Part shown: positions 35,401 through 50,100 of the stretch, piece by piece | How the letters are laid out: every line of letters begins with the position of its first letter | How positions within the stretch are numbered: position 1 is the first letter of the stretch | Assembly: GCA_036172245.1 (NCBI GenBank) | Contig: JAYWIR010000083.1 | Location: 186,001-250,000 of the forward strand | From: Raillietiella orientalis | Lineage: Eukaryota | Reading direction: 5' to 3' | Length of the DNA: 64,000 nucleotides | Translations under genes and position numbers: made by a program | The notes under the pieces: generated by a model | The model's input: the letters and a program-made list of their open reading frames with translations, nothing else | What the model was told of the DNA's origin: nothing | Databases searched by the model: none

Positions 35401-38095
35401 CTACGTCCCCAAAGCTGCCGTGGTGCTCCCTCCTCCCCGGACATCCAGCGATCGCAAAGATCTCTTTTTCTCTGTACTTGCAGTCACCAACGGCTGCCCG
35501 CGGACGTGGGACGGCTGGCAATGCTGGGACGAGACGCCGGCGGGCGAGGTGGCCGTGGCTCCCTGTCCCTCCTACATACACTTCCTGACGGAACCGCCCA
35601 CGTGTCCAAGTGAGAAAGGGCGACCACCTGCTCTGTCTTCCCGCCTTCCTTCCCTTCGTGCTTGTGTCCGTGGGACCGAGGCCGCCGGTCACGCCCCCCT
35701 CTTCTCCCTTTTCTCAGAGGCGGCGGCGTGGCCGAACGCCCTCCGCTCGGACGCACTTTCCCAGCCTACTCTCCCCCTCCCCCCCTTTTTTCCCTTGCAG
35801 ATTACGCGAACAAGGAGTGCACCAGCAACGGCACCTGGCTGCGGATCGACGGAATGGAGTGGTCAAACTACTCCACCTGCTCCACCGTGGCGCTCATGAA
35901 GATCCGCGTATATGTGCGCATCGCCTCTTACGCCGTCTCCGCAGCGTTCCTCGTACCAGCACTCCTCATCTTCTTAGCGTATAAGTAAGTTCTCCCCTTG
36001 CTCTTCGCCTTCTTATCCCTCCTCCTCCTCTTCCTTACGAGATGTCAGGGGGAAAGTTGCAGCGCACGCGGCAGTGCGGCTGCGGTAGCTGCCAAAGAAG
36101 GGCGCAGAGGATGGGGCAGACCGCTCCTCTCATATTCCTGGCAGATGCGGCCGCTTTTTTGTCCTGGCGCGCGGGGATGGCGCGAACTTTGAGGACGAGG
36201 AGGAGCGGACGGGCGAACTTCTGTGGGACAGCGCCGTGCCGAGGACTCAGAAGGGGAGGGTGGGGGGTGGCTGGCGGAAGGACGCGTCGCCCGCCTTTTC
36301 CGTGCTCCCGCCTTCAACCGCCGCTTCTCCGTCGGCGGTCGGTGCTGCGAGATACCACGCTTCTTGCTGCCGAGGGAGATGCTCCATCTCGGTATGTTGG
36401 CAATAGTGCCGGCTAGCAGCCTCCTCCTCCCCCGCAGCTGCTCCCCTATCCAACGCTTTGCTTCTTAACCGAGCCGGCAGCCTTCCCCTTCTGTGCGACG
36501 TCGCTCCTGAGGTGCAACGCAGCCCTCGTTTCTTCGGCAACATTCACCGGCATGGCGCGCCCCTCTCGTTTTCCTCGCCTCAAAACTCCATCTCCTGCAT
36601 CCTCCCTCCACTCGACGAGTACGAATCCTTCCAGATGGCGCTCGCCTCTTCGCGGCCTAGCAAACGCGGTGCGCAGGCGACCCCGATTTTCTTTCCTTCC
36701 TCCTTTGCCCTTTTCTTCCCGGCTCCGAAAGGACTCCTGACCGGTGGCCACGGAGCCTGCTGTTTCCTCTTCAGGACCTTCCCACCCGGGCAGCAAGGTC
36801 CTCCGAGGTCTCCGAGGGTCAGCGTGAAGAGACTCAACTTTCCAGATGAGAAAACGTTTTGGGAAAGAGGGCTGGCTGATTCGCCGTAGTGTCCCTTCTC
36901 CTCTTCCTCCGGTGCCTTCGTCCGTGTTGCCCTTCCCGAGATATCCCTGGAAGATATGCCTCTGGAAGGGCAGCGGTTCCACCGGTGTCGCGCGCGGATC
37001 CCATTGCCGCGGTCGTGTCGCCCAGTGAGTCTTTCGCGCCAGGTGGCTCCTCTCTGGGAATGCGGAACGCTGCCAGAGGCGTTTCTTCCGGGGGCCACCC
37101 TCCGCGCGTGCCCCTCTTCCCTAACCGGCTGACGCCTTCCGCATCGTTGTCGCAACGTTGGCCGCCGCCCATCGGTCAGGCCAACGGCGTCCGCTTCCAT
37201 CGCTGACGGGAGGTCAGCGGGTTCGCTTTCTCGGAGACAAAGTGGACACTTTGGGCGCACCCCCGCGTGCGCACGCGGGCGCAGCGGCTTCATGCGAAGG
37301 GTGGGGGGGACGGCTTTTCTCCCCCCGCCGCCGCGCCTATTAAAGGTTGGCCGCTCCTGAGTGCGGACGCGCTGCCTGGTGGATCCCCGGGAGGGGCGAG
37401 CGAAATGAATCCGCGCGGGGTGCGGGGCTCCTACGAGGGGGGGGCGCGTGTCCGGTTCGTACCCGACCCACGCGCTTCGCAGCCGATCGCGTGACAGCGG
37501 GGGAAACCCAGCGGCAGGCGAGCCAGCCCCTCCTCCTCGAAGCGAACGGGGAAGACGTCCCCCCCCCCCCCGGTCCGCCCTGGTCCCCGTGTTCCTGAAG
37601 GCATTTCCGGTGCGGGCAAGAGGTTCGCCGGACGATGCTTTCGAGGAGAAACTCTCTCACCCGGACCCCCGCTCCTCCCTGTTACGACGGGGCAACTTTT
37701 CCAGGCAGCTGCAGGTTCACCGAGTGAAGATACATCGGCACCTTTTCGCGTCCCTCCTGTGCAACTGCTTGTTCGAGATTTTGTTCCAGTCGATTGCACT
37801 CCTGGGGAAACTTCAAGGAGGAAATTCCATCATCGAGATGGTAAGGGGACGTCGAACTTGGTGCGCTGCACGTCACGGCTTCGTCTTGGCCTTTGCGGAT
37901 TCGATCCGGCCGCTTCCATGCCAACGGCGGACACGTGACAGCGCTCGGAGCCGCCCGTCCGCGCCGCGGTCGCGGTCGCGTCGCTCCGTTGCCAAGGACG
38001 CGCGCGAATGTTTCCCAGCAACCGGTGGGCAAGCGCTCGAAGCGTGGTCATCGGGCAGAACTTTCTCGCAGTCAAACCACAGAGTGGCTAACGTA

Positions 38096-38127
<32 letters not shown>

Positions 38128-41100
38128 AAAAAAAGGAAAAGAAAAAGGAAAAAGCATTTTTGTCCCCGCGGTATTTTTGGATGCAGAGTGTGGGCATGGG
38201 AGCAGCCTTGGGGCCATTGCCAAAGTATAACGCATGCTGATTTTCCAGAACACAGTCAACTGTCGTCTTATGTTGATTTTGACGAAATATTTTCGGGGAG
38301 CCAATTACGTGTGGATGTTCAACGAGGCTCTGTACCTGCACCAGCTGTTGACCGTCGCTTTCGAGGAGAACAGCAAGGTCAAGCTGGTGACCGTCTTCGT
38401 CGGCTGGGGTAAGAACTTTGCTTTCCAGTTCATCGGACCATCCCCGAGTGGGAGCGCCTCCGCCCGTTTTTTCCCCTCTCGGTCGCCCTGCGTGCGTGCG
38501 TGAGCGTTTGTGCTCATCCCGTGTCCTCAGGGAGCGCCGTGAGCCTCGACAGGTCATCAATCTAGCCGTGGAAGCCGAAGCAGAAATGCGCCATGATTTT
38601 TTTGCTTCCTCCCTCATGTTTCACTGTCGCCTCTCTTCCAGTGCTTCTTCGTTGCGCAGGGAAGACTTCTGTTTCCGAGGGGAGCCATCGAGCAATTGAT
38701 CACTCCGCGGGGCGGACTGCCACCACGTCGGGCGCAGGCGAACCTTCGGGAAGCGTCTTCTTCCGACTGCTTCCCCCCCCCCCCCGCATCCCTCCCTCCT
38801 TCCTCTGCCTACCCCGTTTCCAGAAAGGAAGAAAAAAAAATGCGTTTCATCTCATTTTCCCGCTTTTCGTCTTCCTTTCGGGCCGCTGTTTCAGGAGGCG
38901 GCTTTGCAGCGTGCCCCATTTCCTGTCCCGCTTGCGGTCCTTGCGCGCCGAAGCACCTACGTGCCCCCCCCCTCCCCTTCTTGCCGACGCGCGCCTGTCT
39001 GAGGTTCCGCATGGGTAACCCTCGCCTCCCTCTTGGCAGCTCCTTGAAGTGTCCCGAGTGTGTGTGTGTGTGTGTGTGCACACGTCTTCCCGGCACTTTC
39101 CCGCGCATCCGTGCGCACACCCTCGCTCGAAGTGAAAATTCGTCATTCCAGGCGGAAGCGGATCTCCTGGGGCTGGAAAAGGAGCGGATGGGTGGGGTGG
39201 TGGGCAGGGTCGGGTGCGTGCCGGTTTCCTGTGGCTGGCGTGCTGCGCTAAGGGACGGGAAAAGGGGGGGTTTTGCTGAGTATACCTCCCCCCCCCCCCC
39301 CAGCGAACGATCCCCGTGCGGTGCTCAGCGATGAGACGCGCGACGGTCCGCAGCCGCGGTGGAATGGGAGAGGGGGAGCGAATCGTAACCTTCGTGACCA
39401 GTGGTCGGTGCCGGACCAACCAGAGAGATGATGAACCGCCCCTCCCCCTTGCCTTGCTGCTGCCGTGTGTGCGGGCCACCTCGCCACCACCCATCGAACA
39501 GATGCGTTCTTTGCGCGGGTCTCTTCGCCTGGCGGCGGCAGCGGCGAACCTTCTGATCCTCCCTACGGGCGCTCGCTCTCGGGCTCTCAGGTGGGGGACC
39601 ACGGGAGGGAAAGAGAAACACGAATGGGCTGCTGCTGCTGCTGCTGCTGCAAGGCTCTTGCGTGCTCTGCAGGTATGCTTGGCTGCTCCCCTGAGGAAAG
39701 GTGTTACGTATGCGCTTCCCTTTTTATCGGGTTCCGGGAATTTTCCTTTCGTGCAGGGAGGAGGTCGCCTTCTTCCCTCGAGGTTTATTTCCGCGGCGCT
39801 TCCGTAAGTCCTCCCCCCCTCCCCCTCTTCCCCGCCTTATGGATTTATCCGCATGCAGGTTCTCAAGGAGAGCGCACCTGAGATGCAGAAGGCTGCTGGG
39901 TGTTTGCAACTTCCGATCTCAGACCCTTGGTGACGAACGCCTATCGCACCTTTTTCTTTTCTTCTTTTTTGCATGCTCTCGAAACTTCTGGAAGGTTGCG
40001 TGCGTCCGCAGGTGCCTTGGAAGGGGAAGAGAAAAGCAGATTTCCGAAAGCGCAGACTCGGCAGCAATAGGTAGAGCACCACTCCACCCCGGTCTTGCCG
40101 AAGACTGGTGTCGTTTTCCGGGGCAGGTTTTCTTTGCGTTGCCCTCTCTGAGAGACATCTCGAAGCAGCAGCCCTGCAGCTCTTCTTTTCCTCCTTCCTT
40201 CCTCCTCCCTTCTTCACCCCACCTCGCATCTTGGGAAAGCGATGCGCGGTTGTTGCACCCTGCGCTCCATGTCGACAGTGCGCTTCGGCGAGAAAGATGG
40301 GGACGACGTTGCCAAGGACGACGGCGCGTCGCTTCCGAGCAACCCGAAGGCGGGTGCGAAGCGTAGGCTCTGGGTTCTCCGCTACCGTCCAGGAGGCGGG
40401 CGAGATCCCACCCTTCTCGAGTTCAGAGAGGCGCTCGTCGGGCGTCATGGAGACCATCTGCGGAGAGTGCTTTGATCCGGTCGGAGGACGGCGGCACGAA
40501 CGCTCCTGTCCCCGTAGGCCGGGCGTCACAGTTCCACCTGCCATCGGCGGCGGATCTTCCTTCCGCGAAGGACGCGACCGAATCTTTGCTTCGGAATTTT
40601 TATGATCGTCTTCTCGAAGACATGCGGCACCCTAGAGCGGAAGATGTCACGCGAGATACTCTTGGTGTTTCGTAGCTTTTCTTCTTTTTTTTTTTTGTGT
40701 GTGTCGATCTCAACAGCTGCGTCACCCAAAGTGAGAAGAGCTCAGCTCGTGGTTTCTTGAGAGAACTAACTTCAGATTTGATGGACCAGTTCCACGTCCT
40801 CTCATACGGGCAGGCGTGGTTCCTCTTCGCATGTGACCCCGCGGCCTTCTGCTCTCAGAGCAGCGTCTCCATGAATCGGAGATCGATGAGGTTCCCGTGT
40901 TCAGATTCCACTTCTTGCTCGCCGGTCTCCCTCTTCGGTTCGAAAAGCTGCCCCCTCCTTCCCCACCGGGACGCTGCTGGCGCCGCTGCTTAGCTGGCGC
41001 GCCCTCACGCGCGCGTGCACGCTCTGCGGCGTGTCCACGGACCACTGTTCGAGCCTTTTCGCCTGCCCTCCTCCAGAACGCAGGCTGCGAGTGTTCCCTG

Positions 41101-44100
41101 GAAGCAGGCGGTGCTCTGACAGCATGACCTCTGTTCCGGCGCGCCTGCCGAGATGAAACGAACCCCGAGGAACGCGACGAGGGCTACCGGGAACGCGTGG
41201 GGTCGAACGCGAGGGAACGTGACGGATGGATTTTTCCCGTTTCCCGAGAGATCTGCGAGTCGGAGCGTTCCCGTGATTCGACTTTGAGGATAGCGGGAAG
41301 ACGTTGAGCTAACAAAACGAATCCTACCCGCATCCATTCCGTTCGCTGTGGGCTCAGCGTCGTGCGTGTTCGCTCCCTGCGCGTTTCTCTGCGTGTTCCC
41401 CTCCTCCCTCCTCCCCTTTTGTTCTGCTCTCATCTGGCAGAAAAGAGGGAGCTCGTCTTCCCGCAAAGGTTTCGTGCAAAAATCGTATGCGAGAATCGCA
41501 GGGGGTGCAGCTGCTGCACGCACTCGGGGTCGTACGCGGTTTTCACGAGGACGCGAAATCTCACGGCCCGGGTGGTCACCGCCGAGCACCTGGCGCGCCA
41601 GTGTGCGCAAGGACTGCCGCGCGCTCTCAGGGATTCGGAGCACCCTCCCCTCTCTCCTCCCTTCGTTCCCCCGCACGCGGATGCGGGAAGACGTGGAAAT
41701 GGGATGGCAGGCGAGCGCTAGTTGTCGCCGTCACAGAAGCGCATGCGCGCGCGGGAATGGGAGTCTGAGGGAAAGCCGTCTTCGAATTCTCAAGCGAATC
41801 TCCCCCTTCGCTGCTTCCAGAGTTCGCCACCCCAAAGACCGAAACATCTGGGCTTTTCCGCGCCGATTTTTTTTTTTTTTTTGTAAATCTTGCTCAGCCT
41901 TCCGACGCCGTGATGGCGACCTGTGTGCACGACGTGGTGGCCAGGTTGCCGTCCACGAGCCCTGTGCGTTCATTCCCCACTCCATCCACGCGCGCTCCGG
42001 ACGACTTCCACAATCAACGCCCCCTCTTGCGGACGTTCACAATCAATGCGCAAACTTTATTCAGTGTGGCAGACGACAAACTCCGTTTGTGGAACCGAAT
42101 TTCCCGACTACGGACCCTTTCATCTGCCCAAGCACTAAAACCGGCAAGGTCACTCCTCTAAATTGATTGTGCTCCTGGGCGAAATTTCGCAAGTCTCTTA
42201 ACATGGAAATGGATACGCAACTCGTCGATCGTAAAGCTCTTCTGGAGATAAAAGCCTGCAGTCGTGAGCGTCTGCTGCAGCGACGCTACCTAAAGATGCC
42301 GAGGGAGGATTCGTCGGAGCAAAATGTATTCTTCTGTCCTGAGAATTAAGGTTGCCTCGCCCATCCAAGTCACCGAAGGAGAGTATGCGGCGCACATGCA
42401 AAACGACAGCCAGCGGGTTTGATTGGCCAGAGGGTGCAACCGCGCTCTTCACCTCCTTTTGTGATTTCCTTCGAGCACAGTCGAAAGAAAAAAGAAAGGC
42501 ATCACCCAGATTCAGCAGTGACTGTTCCAGGAAGGTTCCCGGGTTCATACTCCTTCCCGAAGGCTGTTCACATTTGGTAATTCACTGGACTTTGGGTACC
42601 TCCTTCGCGTATTTCCTCCTTCTCCACCGCCCCACACTCCATCTACTATGTTTGATGTGTTGCAAAACGGAGAGGAGCGTCCACACGAAGGCAGCGTAGA
42701 AAAAACAGGGGTTTTTTTTTTTGTGCAGCGAACTTGAATGGATTCTTTATGGCCCATAAGTCATGGTAGGTGACTGAGGATCTCATCCTCTCACGTACTG
42801 GAAACATTCCGCTTTTCTTCTTGCGACGATTTTCTTGGGTTAAGTGGATGCTCGCTGTCCTATCTTTGAAAAGATGCAGCCGTCGTGGACCACTGGCAGA
42901 ACGAGCAGATGCTCTCAATCCCACAGTAATGCCTTTGTTTCGGCATTACTGTGGGCTCGTGCCTTCTCTTCTAAAAGATCAAATTCAAGATGATTAACGA
43001 TGGTTGTGGCATAATGAAATAGGTCATCGATATCGGCTGCCGCGGAAGGAAATGCCCTGCAGCAGCAGTCACTGCGAGTGAATGCCTGTGGAAACGGTTG
43101 CGAACGCCGCCGAACGCTATTCTCGGTACCTTGGAAAAACGGATGTGATGCACGTCCCCAAGATGTGAATGTCGGTGGCATCAGTGTACTTTCTTCTCCA
43201 GCAGGGGTGGTGCGATCCATGCTTGATAGGTGCCTGCGAACTCTCCGGGGCAACCAAGTCTTGAACGAAATCTCTCCACCGAACGGGGAGAGGTCATCCG
43301 TGTGAAACCTTTGCAAACTCACTGGGATAAGTCACATCCGGAGTCCCTGAAAATCAGACGTCGGAAACGCATCTCCGTTTTCCGTTACTTTCTGCTCGAG
43401 AAGCATGAAATTGCTTTGCCGGTTTTTGGGTGCCGCGGTTTTCGAGGAAAACCTCTGGCAGTTGTCTTATTCCTCCTTTCCCCGTGTCTTTTTAGCACTT
43501 TTCCAGCTTTGCAAGTGCTCTTCCGTCACGGAAATGGGTTTCTCCTGAGCGAGAGTGTCTACCAACGGGCCTAATGGCAGCCCATTTCGGTTTTGCGAAA
43601 CCCGCCGTCATTCTGGAAATCTCTTTAAGCACCTCGGTACGAAAATAAGGCAGTGCCGAAATCCGTGCGAGCTCGCCTCTCTGTGCACGGGGAAGCTACG
43701 CACGTCGCTCGTCATTTATTTCTAGCACAGAATCACCCTCTGCCCAATATCAGTTCATTCACGATTTGCACATGTGATGCTCACCTGGCTCCGTTTCTTT
43801 GAAAGGAGAAGTGCCGAGATGACCAAGTCGGTGGAAAAAAGATTTGCTTCACGACTACTCGTCTTGGCCCACGATCTCGGTCACACTGTTGGGAAGAGCA
43901 TGACAGCCATCAGAGTAGCTAAAAACAGCTATTATTAAAACAACGCCCAACGACAAGCGTATCTGAACTATCTGACAACGACAGCACCGCCCAACGACGA
44001 CGACTAAAAATAACCAACACTGAAAGCAGTGGTTAACGGGTTGACAAAGCGGTGCTTTTTAATCGCTGGACCACCGGATGTGCGCATTCTTCTTCCATTC

Positions 44101-47100
44101 GCTATTAGCATCTCTCGCGAGAAATACGGGATCTCCCAAAGGGGCGCGACCTTCGCCTTGCAAGTCTAGAAGAGTCACAAACCGTCTTCGAGAGCAGCCC
44201 GTAGCGCCTCGTCCGCCGCTGAAAGGACTGGATGCCCGATAACGTCCAGACGCGGAAGGAAAACGAAGAAGATGCAGCTCGCCACTCCGCGGATGCATCT
44301 TCTCCATCGAAACTGGTGAGGCAAGAAGGCGCGCCATGTACTGGGCCCCTCAGCATGTATTCGGGAAGTATTCCGTGTCGGGCAAGGGGACATCCCCGGT
44401 GAGAACCGGCGTTCACTCCCCGTTTCTCCTTTTCCGATTTCCGCCGAAGTTGCTAAAGACACGACCGAAAGGTCTCGATCTGCGACAGGGGGAACGTGGA
44501 GCCCGCGCGCGCCGCCACATCGGGCGGCGGCGACAGGCTGAACGAGCGCACGTGCGTCCAAAGCCGCGTGGATGGTGGGGCAAGCCCTCGAAACCTGCGG
44601 TTCCTCCCACCCTGCTGATCCCAGTGAATCCGAGTTTTTCTGCTTGGCTGAAAACTCGTGCAGCAGCCGCAGCCCCTTCCGGACACGAGTTGCGGAACGG
44701 CCCCAGAGTCATGCTGGAAGGGGAACGCCCGTCGTCTGGGATGCCCCTTGGCTGGCTTCCTCCCACACCTTCGCGTGGTCTGATCGGGACAGTTGGGAAG
44801 GCAAGGGCCGTCATTGAGGGTCGTCGGGTCTCCACTTGGTCCAACGCGTCCCAGTCCAACTGGAGTGAGCTAACAAGGGAGCGATCCTCTGCGACCTGCT
44901 CGGGATTCCTCGCCTCGCTCCCTTCCCGCTTCATGGACTCTTTCCCAGTTTCCTTTCCTGACGGTCCGTAGTGCTCCTCGAGAATCCACTCTTCGCCTCG
45001 GAGGCAGGCATCCCCGATTCACCACGATCTTTCCATGCACGCTTGCCTGCCGCGTTTGCGGGAGAGTTGCTCGGGGGGTCAGCTGCCCTTCTCTCCTGCA
45101 TCACCCCTTGAAATGGAGGCAGCGGGGAATCCATCGCCCGCGCCGTTTTCCTCCCTTCGAGGCTCAATCGTTGCGGCTCTCCGGGCAGTTGAATGGTCCG
45201 GGAACATCCTGTTTTTCTTCCCGTCCCTTAAAAGTGGCGTTTCTTCTGGAGGATTCCAGTTTCCAGATTCCGTTTCCGCAGCCGTCGCACCCCTTTCCTG
45301 GTAAGAATCGCGACGAGCAAGTGACCTCCCTTTCTCTCTTTCCAGTCTTCCCTGCAGCTCCGGTCCTGATCTACGCGATAATCAGGCTGCTGCTGGCCAA
45401 CCAATCCTGCTGGATCTTCCCTATGGAGCACTACGAGTGGATCCTCTACGCCCCTTGCCTGATCTGCCTGCTGGTAGGACGCCTCTTTCTCATCTTTCCG
45501 ATGTGCGGAACTGCGCGCGGATGCTATGGAAACGAGTGGGATGCGCTGCCTAACGGATGCTCCTCGACCTGTGGCGGGGATGCAGAGAGGGAGAAAGTGT
45601 CCTCAAGGAGACTGCAGCGGAGGTCAAAAAGGTGTCCTCTGGAAGGCAGCAGCAAACGTTTAAGAAATGTCCTCGAAATGAAAAAATTCTGGGACTGCAG
45701 TGGACGGGACGATGATGCGCGGTTTTCGGGATTCGTGGAGCAGCCCTAGGAGTTCGGATCTGAAGGAGGAGGAGGAAAATGGTGGGCTCAGTGGGAGGGA
45801 AGGTTTTTAGGGACATTGAGAGGGCAGAGGAAGGCCTTGAGGGCAACCGATGAGAGACGAGGGTTACTGAGTGCTTGTGGAGCTGGTGACTTCTGCAGCC
45901 TTTTCTCTCGCTCATCACGAATCTTCGCCGCCAGGAAACCGCTCATTGGTTGCCTACGGGATGTTCGCCTGAGCTACAAGACCACATAAATCACTAGCCC
46001 TTGGCCCAGGTGTGGCCAAGGGCTAGTGGTAACCCCACTAGAAGGCTTGTCACTGGGGCCTTCTCGAGCCGGCGGACTCCATTTACAAACTGCTAGCCGT
46101 CAGTGCCGCCCTCGTTCACATCTGGAGAACCGGCGTTCCTTCTCCGGCATCCCCAGAACTCCTCCCTTCGTCTTTCCGGCTGTGAAACTCCCGCTGACTC
46201 CTGCAGCCTCTTTTCTCCCGCTTCTCCCTCGCTCTCCCCAGTTCCGAGGCCTCAACCTCGCAAGAAATTCCATGGCCTTCGCGCCATATCGTCTCCTGCG
46301 TCTCCACTTTCGGCGCTCTTGCTCGAGAGGGGAGTCATTCATTTGAGCGCAGCCAGGAGCCTCTTCCTGGGTTCATCCGTTGGTCCTCCTGGGCAACTGT
46401 AAATTTCCAGAGGTTGCCCTTCCTCATCTTCCTCTGCTGAGGCTTTGTTAGCCGCGGCCGTTCGCCTCTCATCCCTCCCTTTATGTGAGTACCTTCCTTC
46501 CTTCTTCCCCCCCCTCCCTTCCTTTTCCCCTCCTCTTCGATTCACTGGTAGCGGTCCAACCAGATCCGTCGCCAAAAGGGTCTTCCAGGAGTGGGGTGAT
46601 TCCGTCGAGATTCCGATTTCCTTCCGTCGAGTCGGGTGATTGCCCCGAATCGATGCGCAGGCGTCTCGGCACCAGAAGACCGGTTCCTCCCCCTTCCTGC
46701 GCCAACCCGACCTTCCCTTCGATGTTCCTTCCCTGTTCTCCAGGACCGTCGGTTTCCTTTCCCCCAGACTACTACTGCTCTCTACTTCTGGTATTCCTGA
46801 TGGCGGTCCCTCGGTCTCCGGGCGTGTCCGGAACCCTCTCCAGGGAGTCCGCGGCCAAGGGAGGTGCAACGGGCACGCTCCGGCCCGATCGTCGCGGCCG
46901 CTGAAGAACGTGCAGTACTCACGGCAGGACTCGCAGTCGCCGTGGTCTTCCTGTCCTTGGATGGTCTTTCTGTCCTTCGAAGGACCCTCTAGTTGTTTTC
47001 TTGTTGGTTCCTGTGGAAGCGCGGGCTTCGCCACTCCGAGGGGAAACGAGAAAACCCCACTCTGGAACACAACCTCGACGCCCGTGTTATCTTAACATGG

Positions 47101-50100
47101 GGAAGGGGAAGGAGAAGGGAAGGACCGTGGAGGGAACCGTTCTGAGAGGCGGTTTCACGGGACGGGATCCGAATGTGCTGCTCCTGGTGCCGGATTCCGC
47201 CTTCGGAAGTCACTTCCTGAAGCAGGATCACAGGGAGGTCCAGAACCCCCAAGAATTGGTGGCCGATACTACCGCACGCTCCTCAAGTCCTCGGGTAGGT
47301 CCTTCGCCTCAGACCTTCCTATCGGAGGTGACCCCACGCAGACCTGAAGAACCGTTCGGAAGCCCTGACTCAAGAACGGAGCTCCTTGTCAGCATGTGGA
47401 AGCCACGAGAATAAAAAAGGACAGGAAGTCATCCCGCCTCTCTCATCATCCAGTTGGATACGTCACCGATTTCCCTCTCCATCTCCGGTTGCTCGACCCT
47501 TGCCGCCCCATTTCCGTAGGCATGGGGGGGCTGCTCTGGAAAGCCACCAGTTCCCGCCGTGCCTCCAAGGTGCTCGATCCCTCTCGCCTTTCACTCTTGG
47601 CGCGCGGCAAATTGGAACGGGTCTTCGGGCTGCAAGCGACGACGACTGCGGTGGAGATGCGAGGGCACACCCTTTTCGAAACCGGAGTCCCTGTGGCCTT
47701 GTTGGAGTGGGTAGTTCTCCAAAAGCCATCAAGGAGCGCTTAAACACTGCGGGGGAGCTTTGAAGGAGTCGAGATCTTGAGGGGTCTTCTTGCGCAGGGC
47801 TAGCAAGCTAGCAGGGCTCTGGGGGCGAAGTGGAACTCGGAGAAAGAAGGATGAAGGTTCCCTGAGGCTTTTCCATCTGCGGGAAGGGTGAAGAGAGTGA
47901 CTTGGCTCCCGAGTTCGCCCCGAGCGCAGGTCTGATCGCGGGTTCTGCAGAATCAGGGGAGGCGTGGTGGCGGGACATTCCTCGTCTGGATTTAAGGACG
48001 CCAAAGGTTTCGACTTTTGGCGTCCTTAGGCAAAAGGCCTCTTGGCACTTGCGTGGCAAGAGACCTTTCAGCCACCGCACGCTCCGGTCGCGTTACGCGC
48101 GCGTGCATGCCAAGCGCTGGCTTCCCTGGTACTCTTCCCTGTACGCCCGGTCCTAGAGGGGCCAGTCGATGCTTACGCGTTGTTGCATCCCAGCAGCTTC
48201 TGCTTCCTTCGTCTCTCTCACCGCTGCAAACTTGGCATGCTGCTAATGAGGTTTTCAAGGTCCAACAGTTTCCAATGAGGCATGCGATAAGATGTGGGAT
48301 TACTTCTGGAACCTTCTCCTGATAATCACGAAGTCCGGTACTTCTATCCAGAATCTCATTTGAATCCCAACAGTTTTGCCCCCTTCTTTTAAAGTGGCGC
48401 ACAATTTTTGAAATTGCTTTTTTCGCTACTCGAGTTCTCCACTGTTGGACCACGCTTAACGTTTCCCTCTCAAAAGTGTTCGAAACCTGAGGCTTTTTCG
48501 CTTGTATTGTGCGTGTACCTTATTGTTCACTTCGTACTCACGGATCGTCTCCGAGCATTTATTTTTCCCTACCTACTGACTGTTTCCGTACGCACTGATT
48601 ATTTCCAAGGTCTTGTTTTTTTCTGCCCACTCATTGTTTCCAAGATTCCATCTTTCTACCCACTTATTGTTTTCTGGTGTTCATTTTTTTCTCCAGTCAT
48701 CCTTACGTCGCGTTCATGTCATCCCAGCTTTTCGTGAAGATCGGATCAGATGCGATCCACTTACACCATTTCCCGCTGGAGTACGGTGGAGAAAACTCGA
48801 ATCAGGGAAGAAAATTCCCTTGCGCCTTCTGCAAGAGGCACTAATTTGCGGTGTCTCGGATGCTATCATTTATCATCATGGCGGTGTTTTGAACAACAGC
48901 GTGAACAACAAAGGAAAACCCAGCGTTGCTTAGATCATTAATGAAGCGAGGTCCGAGTACGTGTCCACTACGAATGGAAAGCTGGAAAACGAGGAGTGTT
49001 TTTAATATCAAAGGGAACGGAACCTCTCGCTCTTCTTCCCCACGAAGCCGCCGCTGTTTGGTTCCTTTTCCTGCCGTTCTGGTTCACGGTGGTCCCCGTT
49101 TCCGAAGGAACACCGCCTTTTGGAGAAGCCGTCGGTGCTCCGACGGTGGCAGCATTCATCAGCACGGTCATTCCTCGAGCGGCAGAAAGTTGGCGAGCGG
49201 TCGCGTTGCGACGAGGGTGGCTTACGCGTCTGCTGCACACGGGCCGCGCCCCATCGTTCCGAGTAAGCGAACCCAGGTGGGGGTTCACGAGGTGCAAGTG
49301 CCCCCCGGCTCCCCAGCCGTTGTGATCCGGAGGAAGAGCAAAAGGAAGGCGCTTCTAGACAACTCCTGAAGCTGTTCGCGCTTTCTTCGTCAACTCAAGT
49401 GCTCCTTCAAGAAAAACCCATCTCAAATGATGGTTGTCTTTGGAATCCGCCATCTATGGATGGAGAAGAGTTCTTCCCGCGGACGCTGGTGCCACGGCTG
49501 GGCACAGGAGATCCAACTTTTTTGATGAGTTGGAGCTCTTTTGGTACCCCGCGCCATTCAGTCTTCTCGTGGCAGAACCTCAGTGGAACGCCCTCCTAAA
49601 GAGCCCGAAGAGAGACTTGCGACAGCTTCGCTCTCTTCTCTTGGACCTGGCTCCTCTCTGGGACGCGGTTGTTTTGCTCTCCGAAGACGGCCCTTTCCGA
49701 AGACCGGAGGGAGCGGCGGGCATGTTGGGGATTTGCTTGCCTTTCTGGTTGGGCTGTGATCCAGACGAGGTGCCAACTTCCAGTTGCGGCCGCACAAGTT
49801 TGGGTTGTGGGGAGTAGAGAGCATGGGAGTAAGAGGCGAAAGAAAGGGTCAGCTGTCGCTTTTCCTGTCTCCTTCCTTTGCACCATGGCGCAGCTCTAGT
49901 GGGCAAGAATCGGAGGTCGGAGATGGCAGGCGCTGATCCAACTCATGACGTGCACTCCGCGCCCATTGGGGATAAAGAGCAGAGTGACTGCTGATCGTAC
50001 TACCCGTCGGCGGCACCGTTGCTCGAGTGTCAAACGCTAACGCATCCGCTTTGATGGCGTGGCTCCACGCCCCTCCTCACATCATCGACCCTCTCCTCTC

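Noticed and set aside
49000..49900. Possible continuation of the intron-8 LINE ORF2
   Set aside because: Only vague linker-like similarity; no diagnostic motif.
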